Shown: positions 53,637-61,392 of the stretch, piece by piece
Layout of the letters: each line of letters begins with the position of its first letter
Numbering within the stretch: position 1 is the stretch's first letter
Virus record (IMG/VR): IMGVR_UViG_3300047548_001271
Location: 64,001-128,000 of that record
Source of the DNA: a virus
Reading direction: 5' to 3' (one strand)
Length of the DNA: 64,000 nt
Notes under the pieces: model-generated
The model's input: only the letters and a program-made list of their open reading frames with translations
The model's database searches: none
What the model was told of the DNA's origin: nothing
Made by a program: the position numbers and the translations under genes

Positions 53637-54032
53637 CTATTTAAACAACCCAGAAAAAAGACCTTTAACAACCTCTTTAGATTTTTCTCCAACCCATTCA
53701 CCAGCCACGCGAGATTTATTTATATCAGTTTTTTCAACTATTATATCATCTTTTGTAAATTTAATTCCATCTGGACCAGCAGATCTAATCGTCGCCTTGT
53801 CAAAATTGTCAGATTTTTCAAGCTTGTGGTCAACCACATTTCCCCATGGGTCCATTGCTGGTTTATATTCACTATCAGATTTTAGTAGTTTTGCGACCTC
53901 GTTTTCTAGCACTTTCTTTTCTTGTATGCTACTAAAACTAAAACCCCCAATAAATGCAATGATAAGAAAACCAGCCAATACAAAAGTAAAAAACTCGTCT
54001 ATTTGAAGAACACCATCTATAATCTTTTTCAT
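53637..54032 (-). CDS. membrane-anchored protein with GspG-like pseudopilin C-terminal domain
   Basis: TM helix; DPWGN ... IRSAGPDG..FTKDDI. Confidence 0.7.
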   Translation of the reverse strand: MKKIIDGVLQIDEFFTFVLAGFLIIAFIGGFSFSSIQEKKVLENEVAKLLKSDSEYKPAMDPWGNVVDHKLEKSDNFDKATIRSAGPDGIKFTKDDIIVEKTDINKSRVAGEWVGEKSKEVVKGLFSGLFK

Positions 54033-54051
54033 AGAAACCTTTCAAAAAAAA

Positions 54052-54160
54052 TCCGGCAGCTAGGATTCGAACCTAGATCACGATCTTAGAAGTGATAATT
54101 TTAATGCTGTTAGAGATAAAATATCTCGTTTTACGTGTTTTACCGTTAAACTACCGCCGA
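54052..54160 (-). ncRNA. tRNA-shaped RNA with UAACAGCA module in place of the anticodon loop (Y-RNA-like, copy C)
   Basis: Acceptor TCGGCGG/CTGCCGG, D-arm, T-arm CTAGGTTCGAATCCTAG; anticodon region AAAAC-GAGATA/TATCTC-TAACAGCA. Confidence 0.75.
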
Positions 54161-54161
54161 T

Positions 54162-54265
54162 ATGTGTTGCCGGGACTCGAACCCGGATGCTAAAATTTTA
54201 TGCTGTTAGAGATCTTTTCTGTATCTCGTTTTCATATTTTTGCTTTACCATTAAGCTACAACACA
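54162..54265 (-). ncRNA. tRNA-shaped RNA with UAACAGCA module in place of the anticodon loop (Y-RNA-like, copy D)
   Basis: Acceptor TGTGTTG/CAACACA, D-arm GCTT/AAGC, T-arm CCGGGTTCGAGTCCCGG; AAAAC-GAGAT/ATCTC-TAACAGCA. Confidence 0.75.
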
Positions 54266-54270
54266 TTTTT

Positions 54271-55647
54271 TTAAACAATATATCGATCTTTCATGATCGT
54301 CTCTAACATTACTCCTTCTGGTGACAGATCACCAAAAAGTGAAGGAATAATACTTGGAGAATAACCACTAACCAAAGCAACTCCTTTATCAGAAATTTTA
54401 GCTTGGAAGTTTTTATCTCTGCCGTTAACATTCCAGAAAACAACTTGAGGAAGTTTATATCCATGAGACTCGAATTGAGATGTCATAGTTTGATAATTTG
54501 TCCCACGACAAGCAGAATTAAATTCCATGTCAGAGATGATTAGAATTTTACTTGGCATGTCATGGTTTGTCAAGTTGTTTTGTACGGCTTTGTTGAGAAT
54601 CAACTCAAATACTTTTTGTAAGTCAGTGCTCATTCCCCATTCAGCTTGAGAAAGCTGTCTAAGTCGTTGACCAAAGTCACCAGAAAGCTGTTGAAGTTTT
54701 GGATTACTAGAGAAGGTAATAAAACAATCCTTAAAGATTCCAGTATTACGCTGCGAACAGTACATTGCTAATGAAATTGATGCATGAATTGGTCTAAATT
54801 GAGGATCTGAATAACAACCCATGCTACCACTAACATCAGAAACAACCAATACATTTTCATCTGTATAATAATTCGGTAGTGCGTTCCACTGAGCAACAGC
54901 AACTACTGGATTTTTATTATACGATAGCAAAACATCATGAGGGAACAAAACACTAGCATTTATTTTTGCTTCACCAGAAGCTACTTTCGTCATGTATTGA
55001 CCAAATCTTTTTGGATCTCGCTTATTAAAAGACCGAGAATAAATAGACATAGCTTTTGATGGAACAGCAGAATATTTAATTTCTGACCATTGACGAGCAC
55101 TCATCTGTTGTTCAACGACTTTAGTATTTTTTACAATTCTTTGCTTGAGACTAATAATCGAAACATCTAGTTTGGCAGCGACAAGGCCAAGCAAATTTCC
55201 TTCATTGTGTCTTGGTAGCCACTTACAAAGAAGATTATTGTCAATGTTGTCTGCGATAAACTGTGCTGTGTCATCGCATACTGGCATTACCATCCTTTTA
55301 GTAGTTGAGGTGCCCCATAGATCGTCCCATCGACCAATATCTGGAACCCTCTTCATAACTCTGATCTTATCTGCTTTAGGAAGAGATCTGTAAATCAACC
55401 GGAAAAGTCTTCGTTCTCCAGCTCCTCCACGAGGATCTCTCAACCACAGCAAAATTCTGAGTGCGAGATCTGGATTACTGATGTAGGCTTTTTCCCACAA
55501 AAGCAAAACTTCCTTGTCTGGACGGCTTCTCATAGAAGCAATAGTAGAAAACAAATCAACTAAAGGAGAACCAGTAGTTGAATGGGATTCTGCCCCATTA
55601 GCAGTCAGAGAATCATTCGTTTGAAGAGCATTAATCAATTTAGACAT
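54271..55647 (-). CDS. Ro60/TROVE-like protein (DUF2828-type helical domain plus vWA)
   Basis: T.NGA..H.TTG...VDLF, RDPRGG.GER, GRWDDL, KWLPR, Y..VPS.AM, DVSGSM MIDAS, ISDMEFN, FWNV, SGYSP. Confidence 0.85.
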   Translation of the reverse strand: MSKLINALQTNDSLTANGAESHSTTGSPLVDLFSTIASMRSRPDKEVLLLWEKAYISNPDLALRILLWLRDPRGGAGERRLFRLIYRSLPKADKIRVMKRVPDIGRWDDLWGTSTTKRMVMPVCDDTAQFIADNIDNNLLCKWLPRHNEGNLLGLVAAKLDVSIISLKQRIVKNTKVVEQQMSARQWSEIKYSAVPSKAMSIYSRSFNKRDPKRFGQYMTKVASGEAKINASVLFPHDVLLSYNKNPVVAVAQWNALPNYYTDENVLVVSDVSGSMGCYSDPQFRPIHASISLAMYCSQRNTGIFKDCFITFSSNPKLQQLSGDFGQRLRQLSQAEWGMSTDLQKVFELILNKAVQNNLTNHDMPSKILIISDMEFNSACRGTNYQTMTSQFESHGYKLPQVVFWNVNGRDKNFQAKISDKGVALVSGYSPSIIPSLFGDLSPEGVMLETIMKDRYIV

Positions 55648-55665
55648 GGTTTAAATCCTTAAAAA

Positions 55666-55717
55666 TGTCGCATTTCATTCAGGAAAAGTGAATTTTTTTT
55701 ATGTGCTGTTAGCGACA
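55666..55717 (-). ncRNA. UAACAGCA module, leader copy B (5' of the TROVE-like gene)
   Basis: TGTCGC-TAACAGCA...ATTCA/TGAAT hairpin-GAAAT-GCGACA. Confidence 0.7.
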
Positions 55718-55726
55718 ATATGACTA

Positions 55727-56725
55727 CTATTTCATCACCAAAACTCGCTGTTTTGGTATTACATTCCTATTAACGCTTGTACTTTGAATAAACACAATCC
55801 ATTCGCCATGATCTTCCGGTGTAATCTTTACTTCTGAATTCGGAAGATTTAGCAATGTTCTTGCATTATCACCAGTATAAACTTTACCATTCTTTTTGTT
55901 CTGTACGGCAATTTCTTTTTGCGGTTGAACATGTTCATTTTTTACTAGTTCATAAAAAGAATTTCCAAGAACATATTTAGTCCCAAGTTTCTTTTCAACG
56001 AGCGGTTTTATTTGAACCGCTTTTACATCCTCGTTGATGATCACATCATAGCTTCCGTCTTTTACTATGTCAAGCACTTTCGAAACATTTTTTGAAGTCA
56101 CTTCGGAAAGATTAGAGAAAATGCTTCTGGTAGACTTAACTCCGGATTTTCTTGCTGTGAAGAAATTATCCATCGTCTGCTTGAATTTATTACCGACCTC
56201 AACAACGCCTTCTTTTGTTGCATTCCAGATTTCAATATTTCCTTCTGGAATACCAAGATTTTTTAAGGCCATGACGCCCGCTTGATTAGGAACAAAAGCG
56301 GCAACTGTAAAATTATCTGGAAGAGTTTTTAATTGATTGATTAATTCTATCGGTTTTGTTTTTGAGTGGTTTTCTTCTCCATCCGTTATTAGATAAATAA
56401 TGAAAGAGTGATCGCCGTATTTTTGAGGAAGCTCTTTCGCATCATTAATAGCTAGACAAAAAGCATCTCTTAAGGCCGTATTTCCATAAGCTGTGATTTC
56501 TTCAAGTTTTACTGGTCTTGCCACATCAACATCACTAATTACACATTTAACATCAGAAGCAAAAGTATAGAAACTAATTCTAGTCTCTTGTTCTTGTTCA
56601 ATGCTAGACTGCCTCAGATTATCTATTTGTAAATTAAATATATCAGAAGCTGTTTTGATGATTGGAGCCATTGAGCTTGATACGTCCAAGCAAACAAATA
56701 CATGGTTTTTATAAGTATTTTTCAT
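55727..56725 (-). CDS. vWA-domain protein
   Basis: LDVSSSM MIDAS, G.TAL.DA, ITDGEEN.S; C-terminal FYEL.K.E.VQ..K...STS.NR. Confidence 0.88.
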   Translation of the reverse strand: MKNTYKNHVFVCLDVSSSMAPIIKTASDIFNLQIDNLRQSSIEQEQETRISFYTFASDVKCVISDVDVARPVKLEEITAYGNTALRDAFCLAINDAKELPQKYGDHSFIIYLITDGEENHSKTKPIELINQLKTLPDNFTVAAFVPNQAGVMALKNLGIPEGNIEIWNATKEGVVEVGNKFKQTMDNFFTARKSGVKSTRSIFSNLSEVTSKNVSKVLDIVKDGSYDVIINEDVKAVQIKPLVEKKLGTKYVLGNSFYELVKNEHVQPQKEIAVQNKKNGKVYTGDNARTLLNLPNSEVKITPEDHGEWIVFIQSTSVNRNVIPKQRVLVMK

Positions 56726-56746
56726 AAGAGATCCTTAAAAGTTACA

Positions 56747-56800
56747 TGTCGCGTTTTAATCTTTTACCAAAAAAAAGTTATTTTTATGCTGTTAGCGACA
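56747..56800 (-). ncRNA. UAACAGCA module, leader copy A (5' of the vWA gene)
   Basis: TGTCGC-TAACAGCA...CTTTT/AAAAG hairpin-AAAC-GCGACA. Confidence 0.7.
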
Positions 56801-56801
56801 A

Positions 56802-56884
56802 TGGACCGAGTAGGAATCGAACCTACCAACACAAGAATTTAAAATCCGGATTAAAATTCTTATAGACACCAGCTCTGTCGGCCC
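56802..56884 (-). ncRNA. tRNA-like RNA with Ala identity and extended, anticodon-less arm
   Basis: GGGCCGA/TCGGTCC-A (G3.U70, A73), T-arm GTAGGTTCGATTCCTAC, long AU-rich hairpin at the anticodon position. Confidence 0.65.
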
Positions 56885-56891
56885 TTTTTAA

Positions 56892-56965
56892 TGGACAGAA
56901 TAGGAATTGAACCCACCACAGATGCATTGCAAATGCTTCTCGCCACCCTTGGAACATGTCCGCCC
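56892..56965 (-). tRNA. tRNA-Ala(UGC), atypical D-arm
   Basis: GGGCGGA/TCTGTCC-A with G3.U70; loop TTTGCAA. Confidence 0.75.
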
Positions 56966-56972
56966 GTATTAT

Positions 56973-57000
56973 ATTGTATAGTCTATTTGGCGATTGTCAA
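56973..57000 (-). promoter_or_regulatory. sigma70-type promoter heading the tRNA-Ala/vWA/TROVE unit
   Basis: TTGACA-N16-TACAAT, ending 7 nt before tRNA-Ala. Confidence 0.7.
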
Positions 57001-57871
57001 GTGTTTTTTCTTTATTTTCTTCTTCTACTGAATAAACAAGCTTTATTCCGCCACGTCTTTCATTATAATGTCCGTACTCATCATGATATCCTGCTATTCT
57101 CGCAGTGAATTCGTAATTAATTATATTATTTTTCTTTATGAAATCATCAACAGCTTGTTGTAAATCGTTGAATGTTTTATATTTAAACACTTCAATATCA
57201 TTATAATATTCCCAAAACAACCACTTAATAAGAGCCCGTTTAGTTATTTTTTGATCATAAGCCCAATACATTTGGCGAACTTTCATTTTTCATCGCTCCA
57301 ATCAAATTTTGTTTGTCATATTTAGAATAAATAAAATGCTTTATCGATTTAAACTACCTCACATTTAATCTTGTTTTAATTGCTGTTTGTACATAATTTA
57401 AATCAATCCGCACTGCGTAGTCAAAAAGCATTTTATCACAAACTTCTTTACTGACTTGTTTTCGCAAACTATCGAAATTTTTTGCGCATATAAGAGAGCG
57501 AATATAATGTATTGTTAATTGAGTGTCATATATATGTTTATCACAGACATATAAATATAGGCTTAATGGAATGTCTTGTGCTGTTTGTATTATTTCAGAC
57601 ATAATTATTAAATAGCCTTACTACTTTTAGTAGAAAATTTACTTGACAAATATTGATAAACATTTTCTTCTTCTACTTCTTCAAGTATTTCATCAGGATA
57701 AATTATTTCAGTTTCAAAATCTTCTGTGATAACAGTAATGTTGTCAACACTATCTGAATTGTTAAATGAAGATCTAACTCTAATATCTACTATTTTTCCA
57801 AAAGATCTGTTATCACTAACAGTAAAAAGTACCCAAGATCCTATTTTCATATAATAACCTTTCTTAAAAAA

Positions 57872-57945
57872 TGGCTCCACTCGGAGTCGAACCGAGAACA
57901 TCATGTTCCTAAGACATGCGCCTCTGCCAATTGGGCTATGGAGCC
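57872..57945 (-). tRNA. tRNA-Leu(UAG) with short variable loop
   Basis: CATGT-CTTAGGA-ACATG; 74 nt. Confidence 0.85.
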
Positions 57946-58230
57946 GACTGCTGTAATTCATTCATGATTATATAGAAATCATATTCAAAAGGATCAAATA
58001 TTTTTGATGTTTCTATATTATGCCATCCATCTTCTCGTCCCAAGAAAACGCCAATTTCACAAGTGATTTTGTTGGCGTTCATAAATAGAATATAATAAAG
58101 ACCACAACCGCGACCATTTTTATTTCTCTCTATTTGTAGAGATTCTAATTTTAAAATATTTTCAGTTGTAACTTCTTTCAAGCTTTCGTTAAACATACTC
58201 AACTACAACCTCTCGTGTTTAGTTTTAGGT

Positions 58231-58259
58231 ATTATACTAGAAGTCTAAAGATATGTCAA
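58231..58259 (-). promoter_or_regulatory. sigma70-type promoter
   Basis: TTGACA-N17-TATAAT, perfect consensus. Confidence 0.75.
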
Positions 58260-58266
58260 CTGTTAT

Positions 58267-58337
58267 TGCAGTATATCAGAATCGAACTGATGCCCGCTGT
58301 TTGGAAGACAGCCGTGCTACCATTACACCAATACTGC
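58267..58337 (-). tRNA. tRNA-Gly(UCC)
   Basis: GCTGT-CTTCCAA-ACAGC. Confidence 0.9.
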
Positions 58338-58340
58338 TTG

Positions 58341-58560
58341 TGCGAGTTTCTGAGCATGACCGCGTTCGCTATGCTCCCGTTCTGGCTAGTGCTATCTCGC
58401 ATTGCACTAGATCATCCTAGACGCTTTCTTTGCGGGAAAATCTAGGAATCTATTCATCTAATTTCCGGAGTGTCGATATTCTTTATTCTGGTAAAAAGCT
58501 GTTGTGATCATCAAAAACTTTTGTTGGTCCAGAATCAGAGGAACAGAGAGACATTAGATG
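58341..58560 (-). ncRNA. candidate structured RNA(s) between tRNA-Asp and tRNA-Gly
   Basis: Four helical domains and a TGCGAG/CTCGCA loop pairing. Confidence 0.5.
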
Positions 58561-58576
58561 TTTAATAAATCAAAAA

Positions 58577-58647
58577 CGGCTTGTACGAGAATTGAACTCG
58601 TTCCTCCTGTTCGACAGACGGGTGTGCTACCATTGCACCAACAAGCC
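58577..58647 (-). tRNA. tRNA-Asp(GUC)
   Basis: CCCGT-CTGTCGA-ACAGG; G73. Confidence 0.85.
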
Positions 58648-58650
58648 AAG

Positions 58651-58723
58651 GCTACCTGACGAGAATTGAACTCGCGTAAATCCGCGTCACAAGCAGATCC
58701 TGAAACCAACGTCAGACAGGTAG
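58651..58723 (-). tRNA. tRNA-His(GUG)
   Basis: TCTGC-TTGTGAC-GCGGA; C73; no encoded G-1. Confidence 0.75.
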
Positions 58724-58725
58724 AG

Positions 58726-58810
58726 CGGAAGGAAGGGGACTCGAACCCCTAAGACGTTTTACCGCCCAACCGATTTCAAGTCGGTCTCCTCGTCCAGCCG
58801 GACTCCTTCC
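58726..58810 (-). tRNA. tRNA-Ser(UGA)
   Basis: ACCGA-CTTGAAA-TCGGT; long variable arm; G73. Confidence 0.9.
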
Positions 58811-59199
58811 ATTAATCTTCCAGAATTTCATTCAATTTCGCATAATGACTCCTTTATGCATAAGCTTTTCTTTTTGAGCATCTTGCATTCGCCATACATC
58901 TCTTTCTATTAATCGAACTTTTTCTTTGATAGTTTCTAGGTCAATTCGAGTAAATTCTGAATATTCGCGATTACTATCCACATAATTTTTTAATGAATCT
59001 AATTGTGTATAAATGCACTTTCTAAGAGTCCAATCAAATGTTAAATTATTCCATGTACTTTCCATATATCTTGACAATTCATAAAAATCATGAGCATGTC
59101 TTCTGTGAGATTCTTTCAATTCTGAAATCAAAAAATAAACATGAATAAACATAGCACATATCGCAGTTAATACCAAACAAATAAAAACTATTAGAGCGT

Positions 59200-59841
59200 T
59201 CATAAATTTATCCAAGAATTAGTTTTCCAAGAAGTGATTAACCATTCTACATAATCAGCATTGTTTACACCATACCATCCACAAGCAAATGGCGGATGAG
59301 ATTCTACTAAAAGTAGACGACCATCATCTGTTAAACCAAAATCAACAGCACCACAAAATTTATCTGGCCAATTTATATTTAGTTTTGGACCATCAGAATC
59401 TATATAAACTTCATCATCATCGCCGCCTAAATACCAGCCAGATGTTATTTGTTTTCCATTAGCAATGTAGTACCTCCACTCGTTTACGAAGTTCACAACT
59501 TCTGAGCACCAGTATACATCATCTTTTAGCACTGTCAAGTCAGAAACCACAAAAGGTTCAAATTTTTTGAAAGATGTAGCTGACTTAACAAATAATCCTG
59601 GTTTTATTTCATTTTTTGTTCTTAATGTTATATCTCTTCCTAAGAAGTCTTTGAGAAAAGATGGATAAAAATTAATTATTTCTCGTGGTTTTGGTAGAAC
59701 CTGTAGGCAGTAGTCAACAGAACCGACAGCTATTGTATTTGGCTTCGGCTCCTTGCGAAACTCGGCGAGAAAACCATTTTTCAATGATTGAGAATACACC
59801 GCATTAGCTTCTCTACTACCTACAGGCTCTATTGAAAACAT
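59200..59841 (-). CDS. ATP-grasp (R2K/DUF4343-like) protein
   Basis: VGSV.Y, YP..L..FLGR, FVK, SEVV.F..EWRYYI, VDFG, LVE....ACGWYG. Confidence 0.75.
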   Translation of the reverse strand: MFSIEPVGSREANAVYSQSLKNGFLAEFRKEPKPNTIAVGSVDYCLQVLPKPREIINFYPSFLKDFLGRDITLRTKNEIKPGLFVKSATSFKKFEPFVVSDLTVLKDDVYWCSEVVNFVNEWRYYIANGKQITSGWYLGGDDDEVYIDSDGPKLNINWPDKFCGAVDFGLTDDGRLLLVESHPPFACGWYGVNNADYVEWLITSWKTNSWINL

Positions 59842-59852
59842 ATAAATCCTTA

Positions 59853-60764
59853 TTAATGATTGAGTTTGCTACGAACTTCTTGTAATGAATACTCCTTCAG
59901 AATATTAGAATCTCTAAAGATTTCAACAAGTTCGCCTTGAGACTCTTGTTCTGGAGTGCAGTTGTTCACTAGAGATAGTTTACCATCATTCCTTACTACT
60001 GACAATAGTCCTTTTGCAGATTTTTTAGTTCCGTTATCAGTTTTTGGGTCTTTCCAGATTGGTTTTGCTTCGCCATTGATCTGCACCCAAGTCGCCTTAC
60101 ACGCAATACTGAATGTATCACGAGTATTGTACTGGTAAGTATAGCTTCCAACGCCGAATACAACATTAGTTGATGCAAAACCTTTAGCTTCCAATCGCTC
60201 GCAAATTCTCTTACAACGATCAAGAGTTATACTGTCTCCGTAAATCAGACCAATATGAGAATCTAGTTCAATATAACCCTTAGAATTCTGTGTACCACCA
60301 AAAACATCATAAAGTCTTTCTACAGCACCTTCAACTTCTGATTGTGAGACGATTTTACCTTCTGGTGTTACATAGTCACCGTCTATTGTGAGCAAGCACT
60401 CAACACCATCAAATGCCTTCATAACATACGATGCACTATCCAACTTCTTTAAGAGCTTTTTAGTTGTCAACCCACAACTATCAAATGTGTAACCAGTCAA
60501 GATTTTAACTGGGTCTCCGCTGTCAGGTCGGATAACAACCTTCCCATTTCGATTCATGATTTGATCTTTAATCGAAGGAAGAAGATTGTCAATTACAGAC
60601 CAAAAATCCCATGTATCACTTACAATTGATACAATTCCTTCTGGATAAACATCTTGAATTAAACGTAGAAACATGCCTCTTTCATTATAAGACAGAATTT
60701 GTGATTGATATTTTTCAATATCTTGTTTAGTTACTGATCTAGTTCTTGTGATTGGTGTATTCAT
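59853..60764 (-). CDS. NAMPT-like/Namat, C-terminal half
   Basis: IVSIVSDTWD, VIRPDSGDP, IYGDSIT, FGVGS, TRDT, KDPKTD.GTKKSAKG; start placed at MNTP (60764). Confidence 0.9.
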   Translation of the reverse strand: MNTPITRTRSVTKQDIEKYQSQILSYNERGMFLRLIQDVYPEGIVSIVSDTWDFWSVIDNLLPSIKDQIMNRNGKVVIRPDSGDPVKILTGYTFDSCGLTTKKLLKKLDSASYVMKAFDGVECLLTIDGDYVTPEGKIVSQSEVEGAVERLYDVFGGTQNSKGYIELDSHIGLIYGDSITLDRCKRICERLEAKGFASTNVVFGVGSYTYQYNTRDTFSIACKATWVQINGEAKPIWKDPKTDNGTKKSAKGLLSVVRNDGKLSLVNNCTPEQESQGELVEIFRDSNILKEYSLQEVRSKLNH

Positions 60765-60798
60765 ATATAACAGCACTTTCGGAACAATGGAGAATAAA

Positions 60799-61392
60799 AT
60801 GAAGAAATGTGGACATTGCAAAGAATTAAAACCATTAGAATCGTTTTGTAAAAATAAACGATGTAAAGATGGATATCATTATACTTGCAAACAATGCGTT
60901 AATAAATCGTGCTCAACAGAAGAGTACAAAACAAAACGTAAATTGTATTATCATACTTGTGAAAAATATAAACTTAGAAAAATATCACAATCTACTAAAG
61001 TTAGAAAAGTGGAGTATGATAAAATTTATAGAAAAAAGAACGCGGATAAGATAAAAATACAAAAACGTGATTGGGAAAAATTGCATAAAAATGATCCTAT
61101 ATTTAAAATTAAAAGAAACCTAAGAAGAAGAATCAACCATTTAGTTAGGGGTCAAAAATCAGATAAAACTTTTAACTTAATAGGTTGCAACGCCGAAGAA
61201 TTCAAAAAACATATAGAATCTCAGTTTTTAGAAGGAATGTCTTGGGATAACTATGGAGAATGGCACATTGATCATATAGTTGAATGCTTTAGATTTGATT
61301 TAACAGATTTTGAAAATCAAAAAAAATGTTTTCATTATACCAATCAAAGGCCACTATGGAAGAAAGATAATCTTACTAGAAAACGAATTTAG
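60799..61392 (+). CDS. free-standing HNH endonuclease inserted antisense in the NAMPT-like gene
   Basis: N-terminal C..C...C..C zinc finger; LIGC...F..HIE.QF..GMSWDNYG.WHIDH...C...HYTN.RPLW..DN; GGAGA Shine-Dalgarno before ATG 60799. Confidence 0.88.
   Translation: MKKCGHCKELKPLESFCKNKRCKDGYHYTCKQCVNKSCSTEEYKTKRKLYYHTCEKYKLRKISQSTKVRKVEYDKIYRKKNADKIKIQKRDWEKLHKNDPIFKIKRNLRRRINHLVRGQKSDKTFNLIGCNAEEFKKHIESQFLEGMSWDNYGEWHIDHIVECFRFDLTDFENQKKCFHYTNQRPLWKKDNLTRKRI

Noticed and set aside
54052-54265. Intron-containing or suppressor tRNAs
   Set aside because: The inserts are too short for self-splicing and no anticodon loop could be reconstituted. The same motif recurs outside tRNAs.
53384-56800. 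CRISPR-like repeat array from the repeated TAACAGCA motif
   Set aside because: Copies are irregularly spaced, separated by genes, and share structure rather than a fixed repeat sequence
57851-57961. 5' extension of ORF 57608..57961
   Set aside because: It overlaps tRNA-Leu; the real start is more likely ATG 57850 after AAAGG
58215-58445. Plus-strand 76-aa ORF
   Set aside because: Antisense to tRNA-Gly and the structured region
60768-60776. TAACAGCAC on the plus strand before the HNH gene as a sixth module copy
   Set aside because: No flanking helix or RAAA partner strand; likely chance
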